From Bacteroidota bacterium (GTDB lineage: Bacteria > Bacteroidota > Bacteroidia > Palsa-965), in contig JAAFIA010000002.1 of assembly GCA_013298545.1 (NCBI GenBank), positions 50,830-114,829 of the forward strand: DNA of 64,000 nucleotides. The letters are read 5' to 3'. Positions 45,193-55,203 of the stretch are shown one piece after another. Under the pieces are notes generated by a model that was not told the origin of the DNA, made no database searches, and saw nothing but the letters and a program-made list of their open reading frames with translations. Both the position numbers and the translations under genes were made by a program. How positions within the stretch are numbered: the first letter of the stretch is position 1; each line of letters opens with the position of its first letter.

Positions 45193-46770
45193 ATGATTCA
45201 ATTCCGTTTTTTACCTATGTCGATTCGCGTTTTTCTTCTTCTTCTGGTTTTTCTACTCGTTCCATTTTTTAGTGGAGCACAAGCTCCTAAAACAGAAACG
45301 AATCCAAACGGCTACAATAAATTCTACTTCGAAAACGGAAAACTTTCGAGCGAAGGAACTTTGCGCGATGGAAAACCAGATTTGTATTGGAAAACATATT
45401 ACCTCAATGGAAAATTAAAATCGGAAGGAAACCGCAAAAATTATCAGCTCGATTCGACTTGGAAATTTTACGACGATAAAGGCCGCTTAACAACAGTCTT
45501 TACCTACAAAAACGATAAAAAGAATGGACCAAAAACAACATTCAATAGCAGTGGATGGAAAGAAACAGAAGAACAGTTTGTAAACGATCAACGACAAGGA
45601 ACAACGACACAATTTTATAAATCAGGAAAAACACAAAAAACAATTCCATTTGTTGATAATCTCGAACAAGGAACAGGTTTTGAATACGATAGTTTAGGAA
45701 CAATCATTACCATTACCGAATATAAAGCAGGTTTTGTAAAAAATACCGAACGCGTCAATCGGCGCGATGCAAATGGGTTGCGGCAAGGCTTATGGAAAGA
45801 ATTTTATCCGAGTGGAAAAACGCAACTAGAAGGCCGGTATTTAGACGATAAGAAAAACGGCTATTTCAAAGAATTTAACGAGCAAGGAAATTTATTAAGC
45901 ATCACCAAATGGGAAAATGGTGTGTTGGTGAAAAATCCACCTGAACTAGCAACCATTGAAACAAAAAAAACATACCATCCGAATGGACGTGTAAAAGAAA
46001 TTGGCACATACAAAGACGGTGTTCCAGAAGGTTTATTTAAAAATTACAACGAGGAAGGTAAAATCGAAAAAGCCGAGGTTTACAAAGAAGGAATTTTGGT
46101 TGGCGAAGGCATTATGGATGAAAGTGGTAAAGAACAAGGCCACTGGAAAGAGTATTTTGAAACAGGTGAATTAAAAGCGGAAGGCGATTACCTCAACGGT
46201 GTAAAAGTTGGTCAATGGGTATTCTTTTATCCAACCGGAAAGACCGATCAAAAAGGAAAATACGATCAGCGCGGACGACCAGTTGGCGATTGGAAATGGT
46301 ATTTTGACAACGGCCAACTTTTGCGTGAAGAAACATACATTGAAGGTTTGCGAAATGGTATGATGACCGAATATGATGAGCAAGGAAATATCGTTACGCA
46401 AGGCGAATACATTGATGGAATAAAAGAAGGTAAATGGTTTTTTCAACACAAAGATTACCGCGAAGAAGGTGAATACAAAGCTGGAGAACGCGATGGTAAA
46501 TGGGTTCATTTGTACACCGCAAATGGAAAGAAACGTTTTGAAGGGGCTTTTTTAAATGGGCAACCGGATGGCGAACATACATGGTGGTATGAGAATGGAA
46601 AAGTATGGCAAGAAGGGAAATTTATTTATGGCCGTAAAAATGGGGAGTGGAAGTATTTTAGCGAAGAAGGTATTTCGGTGTTGAGCATTACCTACGAAGA
46701 TGACAACGAAATAAAATACGATGGGGTAAAAGTAAAATTTGAGGCCGATAATAAAACGACCAATAATTAA
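45193..46770 (+). CDS. MORN-variant (YwqK-like) repeat protein, secreted
   Basis: More than 15 repeats of the G.W..YY.NGK...EG.Y.NG..(D/H)G type follow a signal sequence. Confidence 0.75.
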   Translation: MIQFRFLPMSIRVFLLLLVFLLVPFFSGAQAPKTETNPNGYNKFYFENGKLSSEGTLRDGKPDLYWKTYYLNGKLKSEGNRKNYQLDSTWKFYDDKGRLTTVFTYKNDKKNGPKTTFNSSGWKETEEQFVNDQRQGTTTQFYKSGKTQKTIPFVDNLEQGTGFEYDSLGTIITITEYKAGFVKNTERVNRRDANGLRQGLWKEFYPSGKTQLEGRYLDDKKNGYFKEFNEQGNLLSITKWENGVLVKNPPELATIETKKTYHPNGRVKEIGTYKDGVPEGLFKNYNEEGKIEKAEVYKEGILVGEGIMDESGKEQGHWKEYFETGELKAEGDYLNGVKVGQWVFFYPTGKTDQKGKYDQRGRPVGDWKWYFDNGQLLREETYIEGLRNGMMTEYDEQGNIVTQGEYIDGIKEGKWFFQHKDYREEGEYKAGERDGKWVHLYTANGKKRFEGAFLNGQPDGEHTWWYENGKVWQEGKFIYGRKNGEWKYFSEEGISVLSITYEDDNEIKYDGVKVKFEADNKTTNN

Positions 46771-46775
46771 TCCCC

Positions 46776-49700
46776 ATGAACGAGCAAAAAACGGTAGAGC
46801 AATTACAAGCTGAAAATGAAGAGCTACGACGCAAGTTAGCTGTTTATGAAGAGGCTTATAACGAAAGAAGACCAATTGTTGTAGTAGAAAAAAACGATAA
46901 TGAGAGTGTTGTTGAAGCCGATATTTCAAAAGCACTTTTCAACCGCATAGAACAGTTAATTTATTTTGTAGAATTGCGCGAAGACGGAACACGCAATGTT
47001 AAATACATAGGATCACAACTTACACGAATTTTAGGATTGACCAGAGAAGAGTATTTCTCAAATCCAACAGCATCAATAAACAATACACATCCAGAAGATC
47101 TTCCCGGTTTATACGAAACAGCTCGCCGGTTGCGCGAAGAAAAAAAACCACAAACATTTATTTACCGCTATTTTCATAAAATTTTAGGGCAGTATATTTG
47201 GCTGGAAGAAATCGTTTATCCCGAATTTTCTGTTGCCGGCGTTTTGATTTCAAACATGGGATTTATTCGCGATGTTTCAAATCGCGTAGAAGCCGAAATC
47301 GCCTTGCGCGAGAGCAGGGAAGTGATGAGCCAGATTCTCGAAAATATTGATGAGGTAGTATATCATATTGATGTAACGAAACCGCTCGGTCAACGTGTTC
47401 GTTATGTTGGCGATAATATTGAAAAAGTTTTTGGAATATCGCGAAATGAATTTATTCATGGTCCTTACTCGTTTCTCGAAGATTGTCATCCAGAAGATGT
47501 TCCACACATTCGTAAGATGACAGAAGATCTTTTTCGCGAGAAGAAGATGAAAACATACATCTATCGTTTTTTACACCGCCAACGCAAAGAATATATTTGG
47601 ATTGAAGAACGTGTTATACCGCGCTACGACGAACAGGGAAAGCATGTAGCTACGTTTGGTGTTTCGCGCGATATAACAGAGCGCATTCAAAGCGAAGAAG
47701 CCATTCGCGAAAGTGAGGCCCGATTCAGAATGCTCGCAGAAAATGCATCAGATGTGATTTACCGCTATAAATTTTCGCCCGAACCACATTATGAATATGT
47801 GAGTCCGGCCATTGAAAAAATGACGGGCTATACACCAGAAGAATTTTATGCCGACGGATTTTTAGGATTTAAAATTTTACATCCGGAAGATGCTCCACTG
47901 ATGGAAAATTCGGAAGAAACAATCCGTAGTAAAAGAGATAGTAAAATTACAGAGGCTGCTGCTGGACTTGTTTTACGTTGGGTGAAAAAGAATGGAGAAA
48001 TTATTTGGACAGAAACGCGCAACAAACCGGAGTACAATGAAGAAGGAAAATTGATAGCGGTAGAAGGCATTTCGCGCGATGTAACAAAGAACAAAATATT
48101 TGAAATGGAAATCCTGTCGAGCCGCGAAAACTATCGCCAGCTCACAGAAAAAGCCCCTGATGGAATTATAATCATTGGGTACGACGGGAAAGCAATGTAT
48201 TCCAATCCGGCTGCAAATATGTTGTTTGATGTTGAGCATGAAGCGGATTTAACGATTGATGTTTTAGCGCGTTTTTACAACCTTGATTCAACGGAATACC
48301 TGCGAAAACGACTCGAAGACTTTTCTTTTGAAGAAGAACTTTTTGCCGTTAATGTGCGCAAATTAAAACGCGACGATGGGACAGAAATAGAATTCGAGAC
48401 ACGACCAATCCGATATACATATCACGGAATACCAGCCATTCTTATTTTTATTCGCGATGTTACCGCTTTGCGCGATTTGGAAAAAGAGCAAATGCGTGCT
48501 TCTTATGCCGAAGAAACAAACCGAAATTTGCAAAAAGAAATAGAACAACGCATACAAGCACAACAAACACTCGAAGATACACGCAAATACCTTCAACTAC
48601 TCATTGATAGCTCGCTCGATATTATTTGTGCTTCCGATAACCAATCTCGCATTACAGAGTTCAACCAAGCAGCTGAAGCTGCTTTTGGATTTACTAGAGA
48701 AGAGGTTATAGGAAAAGATATTTCAATGCTTTTCAACGATCAAGAGGAGCGTAAAAAATTAGAAAAAGAATTGTTAGATCGTGGCGAAACATTCGTCGGG
48801 AACATCGTCAATCGAAGAAAAGACGGTACCATGTTTACTGCTTTTCTGTCAGCGAGTGGACTGAAAAACGAGCAAGGTGAAATTATTGGCACAATGGGAA
48901 TCTCTCGCGACATCAGCGACATGATGCGCGCAGAACAAGAAATAAGAATTTCCGAAACAAAATACCGCGCCATTTTTAATCAAGCGTATATTGGCATTGC
49001 GCTCGTTGATACACGCGAAGGAAAAAATTTAGAAGTCAACCAACGCCTTTGCGAAATGCTTAAATACACCCGCGAAGAATTGTGTCGAATGACGGTTGAC
49101 GAGCTTCGGGTTCCTGGAGATCTCTCGCGTTTGCCCAAAGGACAAGAATTTATTCGTGGTGGTTTTGAACGCATCATCGACGAACAACGGTACAAACGAA
49201 AAGACGGAACAGAAATTTTTGTCAACCTCACCATCACGCTTGTCAAAGACGAAGAACACCAACCGCTTCACTTTGTTTATGTATATGAAGACCTAACACC
49301 AAAGCGAAACGCAGAAGAACAAATTCGTCTTCAGGCTGCAAAACTCAATGCCATTATCGAAAACAGCAACCATACCATTTGGAATATTGATCGCGAATAC
49401 AAACTCACGGTTTTTAATCGAAATCAAACCGCTTGGCTCAAACGTGCTTACAACATTGTTCCATACATTGGAATGAATATGTTTGCCGATTCGATGATCT
49501 CGACTGAAAAGTACAATGCTTGGTGGAAAGAGAAGGTAAAAGCAACATTTGACGGAAAGCCACAACAGTTTGAAACTTCTTTTACTGATAAAAGCGGGCA
49601 TACCATCTGGCGTGAGGTTTACCTCAATCCAATTTTTAATGAGCAAGGACAAGCCATTGAAGTTTCTTGTATTGCACACGATGTAACCGAGAAGAAAGAA

Positions 49701-50333
49701 ACAGAAGAACAAGTACGCCAATCGCTCAAGGAAAAAGAGGTTTTATTGAAAGAAGTTCATCACCGCGTAAAAAACAATTTGCAAGTTATTTCAAGCATTC
49801 TCAACCTGCAATCGGCTTATGTGCGTGACGAAAACACCTTGGAAATTTTGCTTGAAAGCCAGAACCGCATCAAGTCTATGGCCTTTGTACACGAAAGCCT
49901 TTATCAAACCAAAGATTTTTCAAACATCAGTTTTTCCGAATACGTTGAAAATATTTCGCGAAACTTGATTCAATCGTACGGAAGTATTGAGGTGCCGCCA
50001 CAATTAAAAATGGATTTGGATGATATTTCATTGCACTTAGACACGGCTATTCCTTGTGGACTGATTATCAACGAAATTATCTCCAATGCGCTCAAATACG
50101 CATTTCCAGATAAGCGTCAGGGAATTATTGATGTTAGCGTAAAAGAAAAGAACAAAAAAATCACCATTTCCATAGCCGACAATGGTGTTGGGATTCCTGC
50201 CCACATCGATTACCGCAACACCGATTCACTCGGATTACAGCTTGTTGTTACCCTTGTTGAGCAAATCAACGGAATTTTGCAGGTAGAGAACAAAAAAGGA
50301 ACTAAATTCACCGTCGAATTCACACACACCTAA
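46776..50333 (+). CDS. multi-PAS sensor histidine kinase (HisKA_2-type H box)
   Basis: Repeated PAS-like blocks (...WIEERV..., ...GISRDVTE...). H box EVHHRVKNNLQVISSILNLQS. ATPase region NALKYAF...DNGVGIP...GLQLV. Confidence 0.9.
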   Translation: MNEQKTVEQLQAENEELRRKLAVYEEAYNERRPIVVVEKNDNESVVEADISKALFNRIEQLIYFVELREDGTRNVKYIGSQLTRILGLTREEYFSNPTASINNTHPEDLPGLYETARRLREEKKPQTFIYRYFHKILGQYIWLEEIVYPEFSVAGVLISNMGFIRDVSNRVEAEIALRESREVMSQILENIDEVVYHIDVTKPLGQRVRYVGDNIEKVFGISRNEFIHGPYSFLEDCHPEDVPHIRKMTEDLFREKKMKTYIYRFLHRQRKEYIWIEERVIPRYDEQGKHVATFGVSRDITERIQSEEAIRESEARFRMLAENASDVIYRYKFSPEPHYEYVSPAIEKMTGYTPEEFYADGFLGFKILHPEDAPLMENSEETIRSKRDSKITEAAAGLVLRWVKKNGEIIWTETRNKPEYNEEGKLIAVEGISRDVTKNKIFEMEILSSRENYRQLTEKAPDGIIIIGYDGKAMYSNPAANMLFDVEHEADLTIDVLARFYNLDSTEYLRKRLEDFSFEEELFAVNVRKLKRDDGTEIEFETRPIRYTYHGIPAILIFIRDVTALRDLEKEQMRASYAEETNRNLQKEIEQRIQAQQTLEDTRKYLQLLIDSSLDIICASDNQSRITEFNQAAEAAFGFTREEVIGKDISMLFNDQEERKKLEKELLDRGETFVGNIVNRRKDGTMFTAFLSASGLKNEQGEIIGTMGISRDISDMMRAEQEIRISETKYRAIFNQAYIGIALVDTREGKNLEVNQRLCEMLKYTREELCRMTVDELRVPGDLSRLPKGQEFIRGGFERIIDEQRYKRKDGTEIFVNLTITLVKDEEHQPLHFVYVYEDLTPKRNAEEQIRLQAAKLNAIIENSNHTIWNIDREYKLTVFNRNQTAWLKRAYNIVPYIGMNMFADSMISTEKYNAWWKEKVKATFDGKPQQFETSFTDKSGHTIWREVYLNPIFNEQGQAIEVSCIAHDVTEKKETEEQVRQSLKEKEVLLKEVHHRVKNNLQVISSILNLQSAYVRDENTLEILLESQNRIKSMAFVHESLYQTKDFSNISFSEYVENISRNLIQSYGSIEVPPQLKMDLDDISLHLDTAIPCGLIINEIISNALKYAFPDKRQGIIDVSVKEKNKKITISIADNGVGIPAHIDYRNTDSLGLQLVVTLVEQINGILQVENKKGTKFTVEFTHT

Positions 50334-50339
50334 AAAACC

Positions 50340-51092
50340 ATGTCGAAAACGAATATACTGATCGTTGAAGACGAGAGTATCGTAGCGAAAGACATCCAAA
50401 TGAGTCTTCGCAAACTGGGCTACAATGTTGTTGCCATCTGTTCAAACGGAGAAGATGCCATTGCTGCTGTGGGCGAACATTTGCCACAACTCGTATTGAT
50501 GGACATTATGCTCAAAGGCGAAATGAGCGGAATCGAAGCTGCAGAACAAATTCGCGAACGGCATAGCATTCCAATCATTTACCTCACGGCTTATGCCGAC
50601 GAGAGTACACTCAGCAAAGCCAAAATCACCGAACCTTATGGTTACATCATCAAGCCATTTAAGGAAATAGATTTGCGCACATCCATTGAAATGGCTTTGT
50701 ACAAGCATGAAAAAGAATCTGATATCCGCAAGGAACGCGATTTTCTTTACTCGATTGTTGAAAACAAAGACAGCAAAGACATCATTTTCGTGAAATCAAA
50801 TTCACGTTTGGTAAAAGTGCGTACCCGCGATATTTTCTTCATCGAAGCGCTCAAAGACTATGTGGTCATCAACACCTCTAACGCGCGCTATACGATTCAT
50901 TCAACGATGAAAGACATTGAAAAGAAACTGTCGCCCAATGAATTTGTTCGTGTTCACCGTTCTTTCATTGTTCGCCTCGATAAAATTGTTTCTATCGAAC
51001 ACCCGAATTTACAGTTAGAAGACGAGAAAAAACCCATTCCGATTGGTGGTTCGTACAAAGATGAACTAGCAAAAAAAATCAACCAGATTTAA
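50340..51092 (+). CDS. LytTR-family response regulator
   Basis: The receiver domain is ILIVEDE...LVLMDIML...IIYLTAY. The C-terminal LytTR-type region is FFIEALKDYVVINT...VHRSFIV. Confidence 0.9.
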   Translation: MSKTNILIVEDESIVAKDIQMSLRKLGYNVVAICSNGEDAIAAVGEHLPQLVLMDIMLKGEMSGIEAAEQIRERHSIPIIYLTAYADESTLSKAKITEPYGYIIKPFKEIDLRTSIEMALYKHEKESDIRKERDFLYSIVENKDSKDIIFVKSNSRLVKVRTRDIFFIEALKDYVVINTSNARYTIHSTMKDIEKKLSPNEFVRVHRSFIVRLDKIVSIEHPNLQLEDEKKPIPIGGSYKDELAKKINQI

Positions 51093-51099
51093 AAGAAAA

Positions 51100-51128
51100 C
51101 CGCCGAGACAAAATCGGCGGTTTTTTTT
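51100..51128 (+). terminator. intrinsic terminator of the two-component operon
   Basis: CCGCCGA-GACAAAA-TCGGCGG followed by TTTTTTTT. Confidence 0.75.
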
Positions 51129-51382
51129 ATGGCTTTTTTGCTTTTTACAGTGGCCCAGTCGTGTAAATTCAAATAGCTCATTTTGTGCCTGTACTTCCGT
51201 CTGGAAATCAATATTTTAGGCGTATTTAAAGGAAAAAATAGACTTGCGGAATTTGGGTTTTCCCCTTTCCCTTTGAAAATTCCCCCCAATTCCTTAATTT
51301 AAAGAGAAAATGTGACTTACGGATTTTGGGATATCCAGTATATCCGGGCTAAAGTTTATACATTCGCTCCAAATAATTTCTC

Positions 51383-51823
51383 ATGGAAAAATTAACTATC
51401 TCAGCTGTTTCAAAACCATTGTTTATCTGTTCCTGGTTTCTTATACTGGGCTGTCTGCCGTTCCTGTTTCCTTCCAGGGGAATTCCATATTGGACAAGCG
51501 TTATGTTTTTCTTTTTTGCTTTGATCATTATTTTCCAGCTCAAAAAATTCGGGCTTTCCGCTAATGAAATTGAAATGAATCACCTCATTACCGGTAAAAA
51601 AACTATTATCCAAAAGGCAGAAATAGAACGTATTTCCCTTGGTGAAATGCCGCTTACCATGGCTTCAAGACTGGGCCTCATGCGAAGAGGTAAAATGGTG
51701 ACGATTCTGTCCAAAAACAAAACGAAGATCTCTATTGCAACCCCTTCCACCGGTCATGAAAAATTTGCCCAGCTGACGAAATTTCTGATCACCAATTATC
51801 CTGAGTTTTTTATGGCTAATTGA
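51383..51823 (+). CDS. hypothetical membrane protein
   Basis: Two N-terminal hydrophobic helices and no recognised motif. It is bracketed by 21-nt direct repeats. Confidence 0.35.
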   Translation: MEKLTISAVSKPLFICSWFLILGCLPFLFPSRGIPYWTSVMFFFFALIIIFQLKKFGLSANEIEMNHLITGKKTIIQKAEIERISLGEMPLTMASRLGLMRRGKMVTILSKNKTKISIATPSTGHEKFAQLTKFLITNYPEFFMAN

Positions 51824-52131
51824 GCGCGATACGACGGTCTGCTCTTCGTTCCACTTGCGGATTTTGGGATATCGGCAATGTGCTGTTTCCAATTTGGCGC
51901 CGACCAATTTGGCGGAATCATGGTGTAAACCGCATCGGCACCCGTAAACGTATGGGTTAAAAACGAAATGTCTTCAACAGATCCAATCGCGGCTTTTGCA
52001 CCAAGTGCAGTAATTTCAGCTGCTCGTTCTGGGTTGCTGCTAATTACGGTTACGCGATGGCCGTTTGCCAAAAGGGTTTTTGTTAGTGGTTTGCTGATGT
52101 TTCCAAGCGAACCGGAGATGACGTAGTTCAT
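51796..52131 (-). pseudogene. 3'-truncated NAD(P)-binding NmrA/SDR-like gene fragment
   Basis: ATG at 52131 gives MNYVISGSLGNISKPLTKTLLANGHRVTVISSNPERA..., a Rossmann N-terminus. The family-like sequence ends after about 100 aa, where full-length relatives run about 290 aa as I recall. Confidence 0.5.
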
Positions 52132-52207
52132 AGTTTTGTTTTTTTGTTGGCACAAAGATAGATTTATACTTACTTTTGTACCAGTACTTACCCTAAAGTA
52201 TGTAACC

Positions 52208-52576
52208 ATGACCAAAATAAAACCAAGCTCAACCAATCAGTTCAATCGGCAAAGCATCATCGTAAAATGTCCGGTAACATTTACACTCGGAAAAATTTGA
52301 GGGCGTTGGAAACCATTGCTCATTTATAATTTGTTGCAAGGAAAAAAGCGTTACAGCGAATTGAAAAAAGCCATTCCGAACATTACCGAAAAAATGTTGA
52401 TCCAACATTTGCGCGAATTAGAAGCAGATGGCCTTGTTGCTCGAAAATCGTTGCCCGTTGTGCCGCCATTTGTAGAATACAGTTTAACGAAACAGGGCCG
52501 CGAACTTGGTCCTGTATTGGAAGCCATGGTGGGTTGGGCGATGAAACATAACAAAGCCAGAAAGCAACCAAGCTAA
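52208..52576 (+). pseudogene. HxlR-family transcriptional regulator interrupted by an in-frame TGA
   Basis: From ATG 52208 the frame reads ...CPVTFTLGKI*GRWKPLLIYNLLQGKKRYSELKKAIPNITEKMLIQHLRELEADGLV.... The stop at 52298-52300 sits where HxlR proteins have the first Gly of IGGKW (GGA to TGA). Confidence 0.6.
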
Positions 52577-52664
52577 AAAACGGCGGCTTGATTTTTTTAA
52601 AAGGAAAAAGTTGCGTAAAAAAAGCAGGATAAAAAATTCCAAAACAAAAAGTTGCGCTAAAAAA

Positions 52665-55013
52665 TTAACGCCGTTTTCCTTTTCCACCTTTATTTCTGCC
52701 GCCACTTTTTCCGCCACTGCTGTTTTTCTTGGAAGCGCTACCGCTACTCGAAAAGCTGTCCCAACGTTGTGGTTTGGTTGGATGAAATGGGCCACTATCA
52801 TCGTCGTTATCATGGCGCGATGTGCGTTTTTCGGTGGCATCGAGCACCAATTCAAAATCAATTTGTTTCTTTTGAAGATCGGCACTTTTTACAATCACAC
52901 GAACCGGATCGCCAAGCGTAAAAATGCGACCAGAACGCATGCCGCGCATGCGGTAATGCTCCGCTTCAAACACATACCGATCATCTGTAAGCGAGCGCAC
53001 ATGCACCATGCCTTCGCATTTATTGTCTTTCAGTTCTACAAAAAAGCCCCATTCGGTTACGCCCGAAACAATGCCATCAAACAAGCCGCCGATTTTATCT
53101 TTTAAGAATTGTACTTGCATGTATTTGATCGAAGCACGTTCGGCCTCTGCGGCCAATTTCTCGCGCTCCGAACTGTGTTTGCAATCGTTTTCCAATGTTT
53201 TTTCGTCCGGTAAATTTCCGGCAGATTTACCCGCATCAACGTCTAAATAATATTGCAACAAACGGTGCACCATCACATCGGGATAACGACGAATGGGCGA
53301 TGTAAAATGTGTGTAGTGCGAAAAACCCAAACCATAATGGCCAATGTTATTGGTCGAATAAATTGCTTTTGGCATGGTACGCACCGCAAGCGTTTCGATC
53401 AAGTTTGCTTCGGGTTTTCCGTGAACATCTTTCAACAATTTATTGAGCGAATCGGTTGTTGCTTTTTCGCTTCCCACATCGAGTTTGTAGCCGAAATTTT
53501 TTACAAACAAACTAAACTCTTTTACTTTATCAGGATCGGGAGAATTGTGAATGCGATAGACAAACGGACGACGACCATCGCCTTTCGGTTTTTGGTTTTC
53601 GGGATCTCCAGCTTTGCGACGCAAGGCAACATATTCCGATACGCGACGATTGGCGAGCAACATAAAATCTTCGATCAACTGATTCGAGTCTTTCATGGTT
53701 TTGAAATACACGCCAATCGGATTTCCTTTTGCATCGAGGTTGAACTTTACTTCTTCGCGATCGAAAGAAACAGAGCCTTTGCGGAAACGTTCGGCCCGCA
53801 ATTTTTTTGCAAGGTCATTGAGCAAACGCAATTCATTTTCGTTGTCGCCCGATTTTCCTTCGAGAATTTCTTGCACGTCTTCATACGCATACCGACGCTG
53901 CGAACGAATGACGGTACGGCCAAACCATTCATGCCGAATGGTGGCGTTTTCGTCCATTTCAAAAACCGCCGAAAAGCATAATTTTTCTTCGTCGGGACGC
54001 AACGAACACACAAAATTTGACAGAATTTCGGGCAACATGGGAACAACACGATCTACGAGGTAAACAGACGTAGCGCGGGCAACAGCTTCTTTATCGAGGA
54101 GTGTTCCTTGTTTGAGGTAATGCGAAACATCGGCAATGTGAACACCCACTTCCCAAAAACTGTCTTCGAGCGGACGAATAGAAAGCGCATCGTCAAAATC
54201 TTTTGCGTCGAATGGGTCGATGGTAAACGTGAGCACATTTCTAAAGTCGCGGCGTTTGGCAATTTCAGCAGCGGTGATTTCTGTTGGAATTAATTCGGCT
54301 ACTTTTTCAACATCGGAAGGAAATTTATAAGGCAGGCCAAATTCGATCATGATGGCATGCATCTCGGTTTCGTTCTTTCCGGGATCGCCGAGAACGGTCA
54401 TGATTTCACCGTGTGGCAAATCGGAATGGTCTTCCCAAGATGTCATTTTCACCACCACCTTTTGACCGTCCTTTGCTTTACCAACTTTGTCGAGCGGTAC
54501 AATAAAATCGGGAAGCTTATTGTTGTCGGTATTGACAAAAGCGATTCGTTTTTCGAGGTGCAATGTTCCCACGTATTCAGAGCGGGCGCGTTCAACAATC
54601 TGAACGATTTCGCCTTCTTCGCGGCCATCGCCACGTTTTCGGGCAAATATTTTGACTTCCACCAAGTCGCCATGAAGTGCGGTTTGGGTGTAGCGGGGGG
54701 CAATGTAAATGTCTTCGGGAGCATCAGGCGAGGAGACATAGGCTGCACCAGACTGTGTCATATCTACTTTTCCGATGAGCAGGCGGGTCGCAATTTTACT
54801 TCTGTATTTTCCGCGTTCGGTTTCTTCGAGGAGGTCTTTGCGGTGTAAATCTTCAAGGATGCTTACAATGGTTTGTCGGCCTTGTGTGTCTGTGATGTCG
54901 AGGGCCGAGGCTACTTGCTTGTAGTTCAAGGATTTGCCTCTTGAGGCGTTGAGTAATTCTAAAACTTCTTCAAAAAGGGCTTTTTTACGAGGCTGTTTTT
55001 TCTTTGATTTCAT
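52665..55013 (-). CDS. rnr: ribonuclease R
   Basis: 782 aa. N-terminal HTH/cold-shock-like region, RNB core (TIDPFDAKDFDDALS, HYGLGFSHYTHFTSPIRRYPD), an S1 domain and a Lys/Gly/Ser-rich basic tail. Confidence 0.95.
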   Translation of the reverse strand: MKSKKKQPRKKALFEEVLELLNASRGKSLNYKQVASALDITDTQGRQTIVSILEDLHRKDLLEETERGKYRSKIATRLLIGKVDMTQSGAAYVSSPDAPEDIYIAPRYTQTALHGDLVEVKIFARKRGDGREEGEIVQIVERARSEYVGTLHLEKRIAFVNTDNNKLPDFIVPLDKVGKAKDGQKVVVKMTSWEDHSDLPHGEIMTVLGDPGKNETEMHAIMIEFGLPYKFPSDVEKVAELIPTEITAAEIAKRRDFRNVLTFTIDPFDAKDFDDALSIRPLEDSFWEVGVHIADVSHYLKQGTLLDKEAVARATSVYLVDRVVPMLPEILSNFVCSLRPDEEKLCFSAVFEMDENATIRHEWFGRTVIRSQRRYAYEDVQEILEGKSGDNENELRLLNDLAKKLRAERFRKGSVSFDREEVKFNLDAKGNPIGVYFKTMKDSNQLIEDFMLLANRRVSEYVALRRKAGDPENQKPKGDGRRPFVYRIHNSPDPDKVKEFSLFVKNFGYKLDVGSEKATTDSLNKLLKDVHGKPEANLIETLAVRTMPKAIYSTNNIGHYGLGFSHYTHFTSPIRRYPDVMVHRLLQYYLDVDAGKSAGNLPDEKTLENDCKHSSEREKLAAEAERASIKYMQVQFLKDKIGGLFDGIVSGVTEWGFFVELKDNKCEGMVHVRSLTDDRYVFEAEHYRMRGMRSGRIFTLGDPVRVIVKSADLQKKQIDFELVLDATEKRTSRHDNDDDSGPFHPTKPQRWDSFSSSGSASKKNSSGGKSGGRNKGGKGKRR

Positions 55014-55203
55014 GTATAATTTAAAACAATGTTAACCGGACAAATCACGGATTTGGGATAAATTTATTGATAATACACACAGAATTGTCAGTAATTTCTA
55101 TATTTGTTGGAAACAACGGAAAACTTTTTCGTTGTTTTGCATTATAGTTTCGGAGAACCCGGGAGTTTTCTCCGAAAAAAGTTCAGTAAAAAAACCCATA
55201 CTC

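Noticed and set aside
52298-52300. Possibility that the in-frame TGA at a conserved Gly signals TGA=Gly recoding (genetic code 25)
   Set aside because: TGA clearly terminates other well-supported genes in this window, for example the serine hydrolase at 1806-1808 and the lipoprotein at 2510-2512. Standard code 11 applies, so a nonsense mutation or sequencing error is the simpler reading.
52611-53981. Plus-strand ORFs of 164 and 242 aa (52611-53105, 53253-53981)
   Set aside because: They are antisense to rnr, whose RNase R motifs are unambiguous on the minus strand.
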